Below, one piece after another: positions 1 through 9,823 of a stretch of 64,000 nucleotides of DNA. Under the pieces are notes generated by a model. It did not search any database, was not told the origin of the DNA, and saw nothing but the letters and a program-made list of their open reading frames with translations. Origin of the DNA: Oscillospiraceae bacterium (lineage in GTDB: Bacteria; Bacillota; Clostridia; Oscillospirales; UBA929); the NCBI GenBank assembly GCA_009780275.1, contig WRAI01000005.1, positions 5,241 to 69,240 on the forward strand. Direction: 5' to 3'. Position 1 is the stretch's first letter; every line of letters starts with the position of its first letter. The position numbers and the translations under genes were made by a program.

Positions 1-846
1 AATAAAGTCGTCGTAATAACATGGTGTATTTGGGGTTAGCTGCTTGTAGTCATTTTCGCGGCCGTGGACAGCCAGCCAATGGCGTGTTTTTTCGTCTGTC
101 TGCCAGATGGAAGAGAGACAAGTTGTCTCGGTCGTCATGACATCAATGCCATTGCGCATGTCAATACTCATCTTGCTAATGCCATCACCAATGAATTCCA
201 ACACGGCGTTTTTAACGATGCCTTTTGCGAACACCGCGCCGATGAGCGACAACGCTATGTCTTGCGGACCGACGCCGGGATTGATTTCGCCTTGAAAATT
301 GACGGCTACGACGCGGGGTGGAGCGATATCATAGGTTTTGCCCAACAGTTGCTTCGCCAGTTCGCCGCCGCCTTCGCCGATGCCCAGCGTTCCGAGCGGG
401 CCGTAACGCGTGTGACTGTCGGAGCCCAGAATCATTTTGCCGCCGCCGGCGTAAACTTCACGCGTATATTGGTGAATGACGGCCATATGTGCAGGTACGT
501 ACTCGCCGCCGAATTTCTTGGCGGCAGACAACCCGAAAGCGTGGTCGTCTTCGTTGATCGTGCCGCCGACAGCACAAAGGCTGTTGTGACAGTTTGTCAA
601 GACATATGGCAAGGGGAATTCTTTCAGCCCTGATGCCCGTGCCGTTTGGATGATGCCGACATAAGTGATGTCATGGGATGCCATGGCGTCTACTTTAAGT
701 TTGAAAAGGTTGGGGTCAGTTGATGTGTTATGGGCGTTTAAGATATCGTATGCCATCGTGTTGGCACGGAGAGCTTTTTGTTGGTCATTGGCTGTGGACA
801 CTGTCTGCCCGTCGTAAATGACGGGGTTTCCCGTAATTTTAATCAT
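1..846 (-). CDS. Aconitase-family hydratase, N-terminal part (3' end lies beyond the left window edge)
   Basis: Absent from the ORF track because it runs off the edge. My minus-strand translation from ATG at 846 gives [40 protein letters not shown]...[33 protein letters not shown]...[34 protein letters not shown]. It carries the aconitase GSDSHT motif. A GGAGAAAAG Shine-Dalgarno sits just upstream. The + ORF 64..633 is its antisense shadow. Confidence 0.8.
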   Translation of the reverse strand, partial: MIKITGNPVIYDGQTVSTANDQQKALRANTMAYDILNAHNTSTDPNLFKLKVDAMASHDITYVGIIQTARASGLKEFPLPYVLTNCHNSLCAVGGTINEDDHAFGLSAAKKFGGEYVPAHMAVIHQYTREVYAGGGKMILGSDSHTRYGPLGTLGIGEGGGELAKQLLGKTYDIAPPRVVAVNFQGEINPGVGPQDIALSLIGAVFAKGIVKNAVLEFIGDGISKMSIDMRNGIDVMTTETTCLSSIWQTDEKTRHWLAVHGRENDYKQLTPNTPCYYDDFI

Positions 847-1093
847 GTCTTTTCTCCTTTGCGTGTTCACTTTCTGTATGTAGTATACCACAAAGGCGTT
901 TGTTTGTCGAGTAGAAGGCGTGCAAAGACACACATTATGCCGACACGAAAGCAGACGACCGATGGTCGCCCCTACACTGCATTTTAGTACATTTTCTATT
1001 GTGATATGGCGCGGGCGCTTGATATTTATCGGACGATATAGTAATATGTCAGTGTTACGTATGATTTAACTGCATATTTTGGAGGAAGTGTGT

Positions 1094-1585
1094 ATGCACG
1101 CTCACAGTCTACAAGTCGGAGAAACAGTCTTTGCGCTTTGGGCGCCGGACGGATTCTATTATCCCAGCATTATTCAACAGGCGCTTGACAACGATGAGTA
1201 TAAAATCTCATTCTTGGACGGCCATACAGGCCAAATGTCAAGCACACATATTGTAAAACTGCAAGAAGCCCTCAGTAGCATGAAAATTCAGAGCAACTGG
1301 GGCAATTTCGGCACTTTTTACCCGGGAACACTTTCGGGTACGCAAGAACCCTTTACAATACACTATGATGACGGCGATATTTCGCGCCGCACAAAATTGA
1401 GGCAACTGCGCGGGATAAGAGCTGTGGCGCCTGCTGCATCTGACCATGCTGCGCAGGCACAACCTCCGTCGCAAGTGGTAAGTTTTCGCTGTGACGCCTG
1501 TACTGCACCACTGGATATAGGTACAGCGGTGCGCGGCCAACCGGTCGTGTGTAAATATTGCGGAACGCAGAACATGGTGCTATAA
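1094..1585 (+). CDS. Hypothetical protein: two Tudor/Agenet-like repeats plus a C-terminal CxxC...CxxC zinc ribbon
   Basis: ORF 1079..1585. ATG at 1094 follows a GGAGGAAG RBS. The pattern VGETVFALWAPDGFYYPSII recurs as IQSNWGNFGTFYPGTL. The C-terminus reads FRCDACTAPL...VVCKYCGTQN. Confidence 0.6.
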   Translation: MHAHSLQVGETVFALWAPDGFYYPSIIQQALDNDEYKISFLDGHTGQMSSTHIVKLQEALSSMKIQSNWGNFGTFYPGTLSGTQEPFTIHYDDGDISRRTKLRQLRGIRAVAPAASDHAAQAQPPSQVVSFRCDACTAPLDIGTAVRGQPVVCKYCGTQNMVL

Positions 1586-1587
1586 AA

Positions 1588-1621
1588 CAAAGCGGACGAT
1601 GGCTGTTGTTCGCTTTTATTT
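1588..1621 (+). terminator. Rho-independent terminator candidate
   Basis: AAAGCGGAC / GTTCGCTTT stem followed by TTTTATTTT, directly after the stop at 1585. Confidence 0.55.
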
Positions 1622-1667
1622 TCATCCAACGTTAACACGGTTATAAACGTCTCTTTCCACTAAACAC

Positions 1668-3107
1668 TTAAGTGCCGCAAAAGGTTTGATATCTGCAGGA
1701 GGTTGGCTCTGGCCGCCGGGAGTACTCTTTTGATTCCTCATAGGGGTTTCGCAAAGCTTCAAGCAAGCTTTCCATCACTGAAAAATTTCCCTGTTCTGCA
1801 GCGGACAGAGCTTCTTCTACATGATGATTTCTTGGGATAACAGCGGGATTGTGCTTTTTCACCCTATCTATCGCCTCTTTTAGGCTTTGCGGCTGCCGAC
1901 TTAGCTTGGCTTGCCATTTTTCATGCCAGAGGGCAAGCTCGGGCATTTCAGTTAATGGCGATATTTCTTGGTCGGCGGAAGACAGAGCTCGAAAGGTGCT
2001 TGTATAATCTAAAGCATGTGTTTGCATTAATCTCAACAACTCTTCAGCAAGAGCAACATCTTGCGGCTCGTCAGAAACGATCCCCAGCTTGGCCCGCATG
2101 CCAGCTAGCCAGTTTTCATGATAGCACGCCCAATACTTGTCTATCTCTCGTTGCGCCAATTTCACAGCTTCGTTTTGATCATCGTCAATTAAGGGCAACA
2201 AATCCTCTGCAAATCTTGATAGATTCCAGGCTCCCATCGCGGGCTGATTGTTATACGCATAGCGACCCGCTATATCGATGGAGCTGAAAGTACTATTCGG
2301 ATCATACGTATCCATAAAAGCACAGGGGCCATAGTCTATTGTTTCGCCTGAGATGGTCATATTGTCTGTGTTCATCACACCATGGATAAATCCAACCAAC
2401 TGCCATTTTGCGATTAGGGATGCTTGGTTCCGAGCCACTTCCCGTAAGAGCAAAAGATACTTGTTTGGAGCGTTTTCAAACCAAGGGAAATGACGTTGGA
2501 TACAGTAGTCTGCGAGCCTCTGCAGATCTTTCTCTGTGCCATAAACAGCTGCATAGTCAAATGTGCCCACCCTAACATGACTTGATGCTACCCGTGTTAA
2601 AACAGCACCTTGTAAAACCTTTTCTCTGACAACGTCTTTTCCGGTAAGAGCAACGGCCAAAGCGCGCGTTGTGGGAATACCTAAAAAGAACATGGCCTGA
2701 CTGATAATATACTCTCTCAGCATGGGCAAGAGGGCGGCTTGCCCGTCGCCGCGCCGGGAATACGGCGTCTTTCCTGACCCTTTCAGCTGGATATCAAATC
2801 TTTGGCCGTCCGGCGCAATATGTTCCCCAAGCAAAACTGCACGACCATCTCCCAACATGGTAAAATGACCGAATTGATGGCCGGCATACGCTTGAGATAT
2901 AGGGTCGGCTCCATCGGGCAACACTGTGCCGGTAAATATTCCGGGCTTGCTTTTTAGTGCATCTGCATTTAGTCCCATGTTTCTAGCAAGCTCTTGATTA
3001 AACATAACCAGTTTTGACTTAGAAGCCGCCGCCGGCGTTTGGTTGTGATAAAATGTTTTGGGAAGCTTTATATAGGTGTTTTCAAAATTCCAGCCTTCAG
3101 TTGACAT
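1668..3107 (-). CDS. selO: Protein adenylyltransferase SelO (YdiU/UPF0061 family)
   Basis: 479 aa. Contains the family signature [22 protein letters not shown] and a ...[24 protein letters not shown] block. GAGAGGA RBS. Confidence 0.9.
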   Translation of the reverse strand: MSTEGWNFENTYIKLPKTFYHNQTPAAASKSKLVMFNQELARNMGLNADALKSKPGIFTGTVLPDGADPISQAYAGHQFGHFTMLGDGRAVLLGEHIAPDGQRFDIQLKGSGKTPYSRRGDGQAALLPMLREYIISQAMFFLGIPTTRALAVALTGKDVVREKVLQGAVLTRVASSHVRVGTFDYAAVYGTEKDLQRLADYCIQRHFPWFENAPNKYLLLLREVARNQASLIAKWQLVGFIHGVMNTDNMTISGETIDYGPCAFMDTYDPNSTFSSIDIAGRYAYNNQPAMGAWNLSRFAEDLLPLIDDDQNEAVKLAQREIDKYWACYHENWLAGMRAKLGIVSDEPQDVALAEELLRLMQTHALDYTSTFRALSSADQEISPLTEMPELALWHEKWQAKLSRQPQSLKEAIDRVKKHNPAVIPRNHHVEEALSAAEQGNFSVMESLLEALRNPYEESKEYSRRPEPTSCRYQTFCGT

Positions 3108-3218
3108 ATTGTAGTATCCTCTCGAAAAGATTCTGTCTGTTCAGCAATTATTATTCACGTCATCACCGTGTCTTAGTCATTTACATGAAAGCCGGCAGCC
3201 GCCTGTTGCCACTGTCGA

Positions 3219-3247
3219 TTGACAAATGGTTTTTCAGATATTATAAT
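3219..3247 (+). promoter_or_regulatory. Sigma-70/SigA-type promoter upstream of the Lrp-aminotransferase pair
   Basis: TTGACA (3219-3224), 17-nt spacer, TATAAT (3242-3247). Both hexamers match consensus perfectly. Confidence 0.7.
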
Positions 3248-3379
3248 AGATTGGTTCAAAGTGAGCATGTTATCTGACAAGCGACGACTTGAATTTGACG
3301 TTATTGATATGCCGCGCCGGAAAGCATTTCGCTTCGCTTGGGTAAATGGTTGCGCGGCCGTGTTTTGGAGGCTTTTACC

Positions 3380-3859
3380 ATGTTGGATATTTTACGTCTA
3401 TTAGAACAAGATTGCACGCTGACGCCTGTGCAAATTTCCGCCATGACGGGGCATGATATATCAGAGGTGGAGCGTGTCATTACCGACTGTCAAGAGAAAG
3501 GCATTATCTTGGGCTATAAAGCTAAAATCGATTGGGATAAGACCCGGCAGGAAACAGTGACGGCCATTATTGATGTGTCAGTGACGCCACAGCGCGGCAG
3601 CGGGTTTGACCGCGTTGCCGAACGCATTTACCAGTACGACGAAGTCGAGAGCTTGTACCTCGTATCGGGCGGGCACGATTTTTCTATTGTTATCAACGGG
3701 CGTACGATTAAGGAAGTGGCGCTCTTCGTTGCCGAAAAGCTGTCGCAGCTCGAAAATGTTACCAGCACGGCGACACACTTTATGTTGCGGCGCTATAAGG
3801 AAAACGGTGTAATTTTTGCCCATCCAACGGATGAACAGGAAAGGATGAGCCTGCTGTGA
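3380..3859 (+). CDS. Lrp/AsnC-family transcriptional regulator
   Basis: MLDILRLLEQDCTLTPVQISAMTGHDISEVERVI is the HTH; an AsnC-type ligand domain follows. GGAGG RBS before ATG 3380. The track start at 3338 is probably too far upstream. Confidence 0.85.
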   Translation: MLDILRLLEQDCTLTPVQISAMTGHDISEVERVITDCQEKGIILGYKAKIDWDKTRQETVTAIIDVSVTPQRGSGFDRVAERIYQYDEVESLYLVSGGHDFSIVINGRTIKEVALFVAEKLSQLENVTSTATHFMLRRYKENGVIFAHPTDEQERMSLL

Positions 3860-5019
3860 GTTTCTCTTTTGCCCTTGGAAGACAGGCACAGGCGCTTCCA
3901 CCATCTCCCATTCGCCGCTTTTTTGATTTGGTTGAGCAGAACAAAGACGCCATCAGCCTCGGCATTGGTGAACCTGACTTTGTTACGCCCTACCCTATCC
4001 GTGATGAAGGCATTTTTACGCTGGAAAAAGGGTATACAAAATACACGCCCAACGCAGGGCTGACGCTGCTGCGCCAAGAGGTTTCGGCATATATGGCGCG
4101 GCATTTTGGACTTACTTATGATTATGCCAATGAGATTTTAATCACAGTCGGCGGCAGTGAGGCCATTGACTTGGGCTTGCGAGCTTTGCTCAACACGGGC
4201 GATGAGGTGCTGATTCCCGAACCTTCTTTTGTTTGTTATGCGCCGTTGACACAGTTGGCGGGCGGCGTGCCTGTCGGCATTGAAACAATTGCGGCAGAAA
4301 ATTTTCGACTGACTGCCGACCGTCTGAAAGCCGCCATCACGCCCAGAACTAAAGTGTTGGTTTTGCCGTTTCCCTGCAATCCCACAGGCGCCATTATGGA
4401 ACACGCCGATTTAGAGGCTATTGCCCAAGTGCTGTGCGGCACGGATATTGTCGTGCTGTCCGATGAGCTTTACGCCGGCTTGACGTATGGCGTATCACAT
4501 ATTTCGATTGCCACCGTTGATAACATGCGTGAGCGAACGCTAGTTGTCAACGGACTGTCTAAATCTCACGCTATGACGGGCTGGCGTATGGGGTTTGCGT
4601 GCGCACCGCCGCCACTGATTGCACAGATGACGCGCATCCACCAATACGCCATTATGAGCGCGCCGACGATGAGCCAGTATGCCGCGATTATTGCGTTGCG
4701 CGACAGTGACGACAGCGTGGAACAAATGCGACAGGCTTATGACCAGCGCCGCCGCTTGGTGTTGAATGCATTTGAAACAATGAACCTGCCCTGTTTTGAG
4801 CCACAGGGCGCATTTTATGCTTTCCCCGATATTCGCGGCACGGGGCTGTCAAGTTTTGCGTTTTGCGAGCGCTTGTTGACCAAATATAAGGTTGCCGTCA
4901 TCCCCGGCGACGGATTTGGAGGTTGCGGCGAGGGCTTTGTGCGAATTTGCTACGCGGTTGATGTCGGACTATTGACAGAGGCATTGCGGCGGATTGAAGC
5001 ATTTATTAAGGGGTTGTAA
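3856..5019 (+). CDS. Pyridoxal-phosphate-dependent aminotransferase, class I/II (aspartate-aminotransferase-like)
   Basis: 387 aa. PLP-lysine context NGLSKSHAMTGWRMGF. The GTG start overlaps the Lrp stop (GTGA), which suggests translational coupling. Confidence 0.85.
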   Translation: MSFSFALGRQAQALPPSPIRRFFDLVEQNKDAISLGIGEPDFVTPYPIRDEGIFTLEKGYTKYTPNAGLTLLRQEVSAYMARHFGLTYDYANEILITVGGSEAIDLGLRALLNTGDEVLIPEPSFVCYAPLTQLAGGVPVGIETIAAENFRLTADRLKAAITPRTKVLVLPFPCNPTGAIMEHADLEAIAQVLCGTDIVVLSDELYAGLTYGVSHISIATVDNMRERTLVVNGLSKSHAMTGWRMGFACAPPPLIAQMTRIHQYAIMSAPTMSQYAAIIALRDSDDSVEQMRQAYDQRRRLVLNAFETMNLPCFEPQGAFYAFPDIRGTGLSSFAFCERLLTKYKVAVIPGDGFGGCGEGFVRICYAVDVGLLTEALRRIEAFIKGL

Positions 5020-5056
5020 GGGCGAACAGCGTGCAGGCAAACCCCGTCCGTTGGTG

Positions 5057-5515
5057 ATGGAAAGGATTATTGCCATGATTCACTTGCGAGAAATTGACGA
5101 AAGCAACTGGCTTGATTGCATTGATTTGAAACACGAAGACGAGCGATTTGTCGGTAGTCCGGCGTTTATATTGGCCGATGCGTATGTGTCAAGGCATTAC
5201 ATGACGGCATATGCCTTTTATATGGGCGAAACCATCGTCGGTATGACGCTTTTGCAGAACGAGCCAACAAACCATGAAAAAGGCTACGCCTTCACCGAAT
5301 TTTTTATCGACGACCGCCACTTACGCAAGGGCTACGGCCGCCAAGCAGTTGGATTTTGCTTAGAGAAATTGAGAGAAAACGGCTTTGCTGTTGCCAAAGT
5401 GTGCGTTGAAGAAAAAAACGATATTTGCTTGGCCTTTTGCAGAAGCTGTGGTTTCACTGAGAGCAGACGCACAGATTGGGATAGCCGCTATATTGATTTT
5501 TCGATGATTTTATAG
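5057..5515 (+). CDS. GNAT-family N-acetyltransferase
   Basis: ORF 4994..5515. Acetyl-CoA motif RKGYGRQAVGFCLEKL. The start is uncertain: ATG 5057 or ATG 5075. Confidence 0.75.
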   Translation: MERIIAMIHLREIDESNWLDCIDLKHEDERFVGSPAFILADAYVSRHYMTAYAFYMGETIVGMTLLQNEPTNHEKGYAFTEFFIDDRHLRKGYGRQAVGFCLEKLRENGFAVAKVCVEEKNDICLAFCRSCGFTESRRTDWDSRYIDFSMIL

Positions 5516-5589
5516 GGGCGATATTTCATCGCCCAGAATTAATTCAATACTTTCGGGCGGCGGGATGCTGCCCCTATACGAGGATTATC

Positions 5590-6702
5590 ATGATTCAAAA
5601 AATTGCCGCCATCCCTTGTCATACATACGCCCAAGCAGAAGTTGACACCGCTGTTACACGGATATTCAAAGCGTTCGGCGGGGCGGCAGCGATTGCCAAG
5701 ACGGGGCATCGTGTCTGCATTAAGCCCAATTTGCTTATGCCGCGCAAGCCTGAAGATGCTACGACAACACATCCGGCTGTTGTTTCTGCGGTGACTCGGC
5801 AGTTTACGGCGCTGGGCTGTACGGTGGAGATTGCCGACTCTTGCGGCGGGCCTTATAATGCCGCTATGTCCAAGCTGCTTTACCGCAAAACCGGCATGGC
5901 GCAAGTTGCCGAAGACACCGGCGCGATCATCCGCTACGACGGCGAAACAACAGCGTCTGAAGTGCCGCTGGCCGCGGGTGCGGCGCGTAAGTTCCATATC
6001 ATTCAGCCGATTGTTGACGCCGATGTGATTATTAACATTGCCAAACTCAAAACCCACGGACTGGGGCATTATACCGGCGCGGTCAAAAATATGTATGGCG
6101 TGGTGGCGGGCCTGCAAAAAGCCAAGGGGCATGCGGCGTTTAAGTCTCGGCAAGAGTTTTTCGCTTGCCTGCTCGACTTGTATCAACATATCACGCCACA
6201 ATTTAACATCATCGACGGCATTGTTGGCATGGAGGGTGACGGTCCGAGTGGCGGCACGCCCAGGTCAGCCAATGTGCTGCTAGGCGGTATTGACGGTCAC
6301 GTGCTGGATCAATTCGCCGTTTGGCTGACGCATTTGGATGAAAGTAAAGTTTTTACGCTGGTTGACGCACAAAAACGTGGAATTTTAGAGGACACGCCCC
6401 CGCGTGCCCCGCACGACGTAGAGCGCGTGCGCTTCCGTCAACCATCAACCGATAAAAACAGCACCATTATTTTGCGCACACTATTGCCACGCCGACTGCG
6501 CAACTATTTGCGCGACCGGCGTATGCCCTATCCGCATGTCATTGGGGCAAAATGCACAGGCTGTGCCGATTGCCGGCGCATTTGCCCCGAAGAGGCGATT
6601 GAAGTGGCGGGTAAAAAGGCGCATATTCTACGCGAAAAGTGCATTCGCTGTCTGTGCTGCCATGAGGTTTGCCCACCTAAGGCGATGGAGTTAAAGCGAT
6701 GA
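5590..6702 (+). CDS. DUF362 domain protein with a C-terminal 2x[4Fe-4S] ferredoxin domain
   Basis: 370 aa. Contains ...IKPNLLMPRKPEDATTTHPAVV..., then CTGCADCRRICP and CIRCLCCHEVCP cluster motifs. Confidence 0.8.
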   Translation: MIQKIAAIPCHTYAQAEVDTAVTRIFKAFGGAAAIAKTGHRVCIKPNLLMPRKPEDATTTHPAVVSAVTRQFTALGCTVEIADSCGGPYNAAMSKLLYRKTGMAQVAEDTGAIIRYDGETTASEVPLAAGAARKFHIIQPIVDADVIINIAKLKTHGLGHYTGAVKNMYGVVAGLQKAKGHAAFKSRQEFFACLLDLYQHITPQFNIIDGIVGMEGDGPSGGTPRSANVLLGGIDGHVLDQFAVWLTHLDESKVFTLVDAQKRGILEDTPPRAPHDVERVRFRQPSTDKNSTIILRTLLPRRLRNYLRDRRMPYPHVIGAKCTGCADCRRICPEEAIEVAGKKAHILREKCIRCLCCHEVCPPKAMELKR

Positions 6703-7595
6703 TTGTTGAGAAAGCCTACGCCAAAATTAATTTAACGCTTGACGTCCTCGGCAAGCGCGCTGACGGCTATCATGAACTGCGCTCTGTGATGCAGACGATT
6801 TCGCTGCATGACGAGTTGACACTTACGCCCAACGACAGCGAGTCATTGACGGTTGGCAGCAACTGCCCCGGCTTGCCGGCCGACGAAGGCAATTTAGCCA
6901 TTAAGGCAGCTAACGTATTTTATGCTGCGACAGGCATTGCGCGGCAAGGGCTGCATATTCATATTGACAAACGCATTCCCGTTTGCGCCGGTTTGGGTGG
7001 CGGCAGTGCCGACGCCGCGGCGGTGTTGCGCGGACTCAATGTGATTCACGGTGACTTTTTGTCTATGGACGACTTAATTGAACTTGCGGCGCAGGTCGGG
7101 TCTGACGTGCCGTTTTGCATCCGTGGCGGCACACAGCTGGCTTGCGGTCGCGGAGAGATTTTAACACAGTTGCCGCCGTTGCCCGAGTGCTGCTTTATTC
7201 TCTGCCAAATTGGGCATAAGACATCAACAGCTGACGTGTTTGCGCAATTTTCTGGCTTGGCGGGAACGAACACAATTCGTTCCTATACAGACGAGATGAT
7301 TGTAGCTTTGCGGGCACAAGACTTGCCCAAAATCGGCGAATGTTTGGGCAACGCACTGGCAGGCGATGTATCTTTTTCGGCAACGCGTGAGACATTAGAG
7401 TTATTAAAACAATCGGGCGCGTTAGGCGTATCCGTCAGCGGCGCGGGGCCGACAGCGTTTGGACTATTTAGCGGCAATTCGCCGCCGACATTGGCGCTTG
7501 CGAGCGCAGGACGGGAGTTAAAGGATAAATGCGACCAAAACGAAAACTTATTCTCTCCGCCGTATTGGCCGTGGCAACCATTGTGCCGTGGCTGA
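6699..7595 (+). CDS. ispE: 4-(cytidine 5'-diphospho)-2-C-methyl-D-erythritol kinase
   Basis: MIVEKAYAKINLTLDVLGKRADGYHELRSVMQTISLHD and the GHMP-kinase loop PVCAGLGGGSADAAAV. ATGA overlap with the upstream stop. Confidence 0.9.
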   Translation: MIVEKAYAKINLTLDVLGKRADGYHELRSVMQTISLHDELTLTPNDSESLTVGSNCPGLPADEGNLAIKAANVFYAATGIARQGLHIHIDKRIPVCAGLGGGSADAAAVLRGLNVIHGDFLSMDDLIELAAQVGSDVPFCIRGGTQLACGRGEILTQLPPLPECCFILCQIGHKTSTADVFAQFSGLAGTNTIRSYTDEMIVALRAQDLPKIGECLGNALAGDVSFSATRETLELLKQSGALGVSVSGAGPTAFGLFSGNSPPTLALASAGRELKDKCDQNENLFSPPYWPWQPLCRG

Positions 7596-8608
7596 TTGCC
7601 GGGCGTTGGAACGGCACGGTTACAGCTTTTTTTCGCCCTATTTCGCGCGTGTTGTCACGTATACTGGGCTATATCTTCTCGCCGTTTCCGTTTGCCGTCT
7701 TTGAATGGCTGATTGTGCTTGCCGTTATCGGCTTGATTGCCTTATTGGTGCGACTGATCGTGCAACTTGTCAAAACTCGCGGCAAACGCAAGCAGTGTTT
7801 GGGCAAAGCAGCTGCGTCACTGTTGGTCGGTGTTTTGTCCGTCGCTTTTTCGTTTACGTGGTTGTGGGGCTTAAACTATGTCGCACCGCCGCTGCACGAG
7901 GTGATGGACTTACCTATGCGTGCACATGAGGAAGCGTTTCTCATCCAAGTCACTGTCCATCTCGCCGAACGCGCCAACGAAATCGCACCGCTCGTGCCAC
8001 GACATGAAAACAATCGCACCATCTATCGCAGCGTACGAGCCAGCAATGCCTCAGCGTTGCAAGGCTTTGCTGCTTTGGCGGAAGATAATAGGCTCTTTCA
8101 CGCCGCTTCGCCTGGCACCAAGCGGCTGACATTTCACGGATTCTACTCAGCGTTTGGTGTAGCCGGCATGTATTTTCCCTTCACCGGCGAAGGCGGCGTT
8201 AACCCTGATACGCCTGCCGCAGTGCTACCTTTTATCGTGACACATGAGATTGCACACAGGCTAGGTCTGGCGCGCGAAGATGAGGCAAACTTTGTCGCTT
8301 TTCTTGCCGCTCGCGCGTCTGATGACCCGATGACACGCTACTCGGGCTACTTGAATGCCTTGATCTACTGTTGGAACGCCCTGTCGACAGGCGGACAGCG
8401 TGAAGTCGCACCGCTATTGGGTGAATATATTTTAGCGGATTGGCGCGAGATTGGTGAACATTTTGAGCGTCATGCCGGCCCGGCGAGGGACTTCGGTGAA
8501 CGCGTCAATCATGGCTATTTACAGGCCATGGGACAGCCTGAGGGCGTGGACAGCTATGGCATGGTGGTCGATTTGATTTTGGCATATTTCTACAAGCATG
8601 GAACGTAA
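7529..8608 (+). CDS. DUF3810-family membrane protein (HExxH-type putative metallopeptidase)
   Basis: N-terminal transmembrane segments. Contains GMYFPFTGEGGVNPDTPAAVLPFIVTHEIAHRLGLAREDEANF. GGGAG/AAAGGA RBS. Overlaps the ispE 3' end by 67 nt. Confidence 0.75.
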   Translation: MRPKRKLILSAVLAVATIVPWLIAGRWNGTVTAFFRPISRVLSRILGYIFSPFPFAVFEWLIVLAVIGLIALLVRLIVQLVKTRGKRKQCLGKAAASLLVGVLSVAFSFTWLWGLNYVAPPLHEVMDLPMRAHEEAFLIQVTVHLAERANEIAPLVPRHENNRTIYRSVRASNASALQGFAALAEDNRLFHAASPGTKRLTFHGFYSAFGVAGMYFPFTGEGGVNPDTPAAVLPFIVTHEIAHRLGLAREDEANFVAFLAARASDDPMTRYSGYLNALIYCWNALSTGGQREVAPLLGEYILADWREIGEHFERHAGPARDFGERVNHGYLQAMGQPEGVDSYGMVVDLILAYFYKHGT

Positions 8609-8670
8609 CACCTATTTATACTGCCCGGCGCGCCGAAGACGCCGCGCCTTACATATTTGGAGGATATTTT

Positions 8671-9498
8671 ATGAGAAAAACATTTAACCGATTCTGTTAT
8701 AAATATGAGAAGTTCGGCATTAGCAATTTGATGTATTATATTGCCGGCGGGTATATCATTACATTTATCGCTGAAATCGCCGCTCGCGCGAACGGAAACA
8801 GCATTATACCTATGCTGACCTTTAATCTAAATGCCATTTTGCAAGGTCAAATTTGGCGTTTGTTGACATTCTTGCTTATCCCGCCTACGATGGATGTACT
8901 TTTCGTCGTCTTTGCTATTTTGTTTGCTGTCTTCGCGGGACGCTCGCTCGAAGCAGCGTGGGGCAAGATGCGCTTGACTATCTATTACTTTTCCGGCGCG
9001 CTGTTATCGATACTTGTAGCGACGGGATTTACGCTGTTGACCGGTTTTTCCCTGCCCATCGACAATACATTTTTGAATCTATCACTCATCATGGCGTTCG
9101 GCACAGTATTTCCCGACCAAGAAGTGCGTTTAATGCTCATTCTGCCTGTTCCGGCAAAAGTTTTTGCTCTTATCGGTGGTGCTTCCATCTTAATTATGGC
9201 GTTTCGAGTAGGCTGGCCGCTAATGTTGATACCTTTGGTGGCTATTGGTAACTACTTACTCTTCTTTGCCCCCGATGCTTGGGCAATGCTGCACAAGCAA
9301 CCCGCACGGCAGCGACAGCGTAGCGCACAATTTCGTCAGCAAGTCAGGCCAAAATCGAACAAGCAGGCTCGCCACACTTGCGCTGTTTGCGGCATCACAG
9401 ATATTGATGATCCGGGCATGGAATTCCGTTATTGCTCGCTGTGCAAGGATTATTTGTGCTATTGCTCGAAGCATTTATTTGGACACGAGCATAAGTAG
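8671..9498 (+). CDS. Rhomboid-fold-like polytopic membrane protein with a C-terminal Cys/His cluster
   Basis: GGAGG RBS. Contains GQIWRLLTFLLIPP, a rhomboid-like helix motif, but I see no GxSG catalytic motif. The tail reads HTCAVCGITD...YCSLCKDYLCYCSKHLFGHEH. Confidence 0.55.
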   Translation: MRKTFNRFCYKYEKFGISNLMYYIAGGYIITFIAEIAARANGNSIIPMLTFNLNAILQGQIWRLLTFLLIPPTMDVLFVVFAILFAVFAGRSLEAAWGKMRLTIYYFSGALLSILVATGFTLLTGFSLPIDNTFLNLSLIMAFGTVFPDQEVRLMLILPVPAKVFALIGGASILIMAFRVGWPLMLIPLVAIGNYLLFFAPDAWAMLHKQPARQRQRSAQFRQQVRPKSNKQARHTCAVCGITDIDDPGMEFRYCSLCKDYLCYCSKHLFGHEHK

Positions 9499-9532
9499 GC
9501 TCTGCCAAACAACCATGCACATCCCGCTCACT

Positions 9533-9799
9533 CTATCCCAGCAACAACACTAACATAATCAACAGTTCCATGTTTTCCCCGAGAGCAGCCGTTGCCCCGC
9601 TGCTGTCTTGCAGCATGAGCAGCAACAGTATGAGCAACAACATATCGTTGTTGCCCGAGCGTTTGACGGGCGTCGCCTCAGGCGACTTGAGTTCAAGAGT
9701 CGGCGTTTTGTTTTTTTGTGATTCAACAGGCGGCGTGTCGAGGTCGCCGCGTCCCACACTGTTTTCCGCATTTTCCGACTTCATATAACGGCTGTACAT
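9533..9799 (-). CDS. Small hypothetical protein with a hydrophobic Leu-rich C-terminal half
   Basis: ORF 9533..9808. ATG at 9799 lies 9 nt after GGAGG. It is the last gene of a three-gene small-protein operon. Confidence 0.5.
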   Translation of the reverse strand: MYSRYMKSENAENSVGRGDLDTPPVESQKNKTPTLELKSPEATPVKRSGNNDMLLLILLLLMLQDSSGATAALGENMELLIMLVLLLG

Positions 9800-9823
9800 G
9801 ACAATCAACCTCCGTTATTCCGA

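Noticed and set aside
64-633. 189-aa + strand ORF at the left edge
   Set aside because: It is antisense to a clearly recognisable aconitase-family gene on the minus strand (GSDSHT motif, good RBS at 846) and has no motif of its own.
5539-6201. 220-aa minus-strand ORF
   Set aside because: It is antisense to the DUF362/ferredoxin gene. It is Arg-rich and carries no motif.
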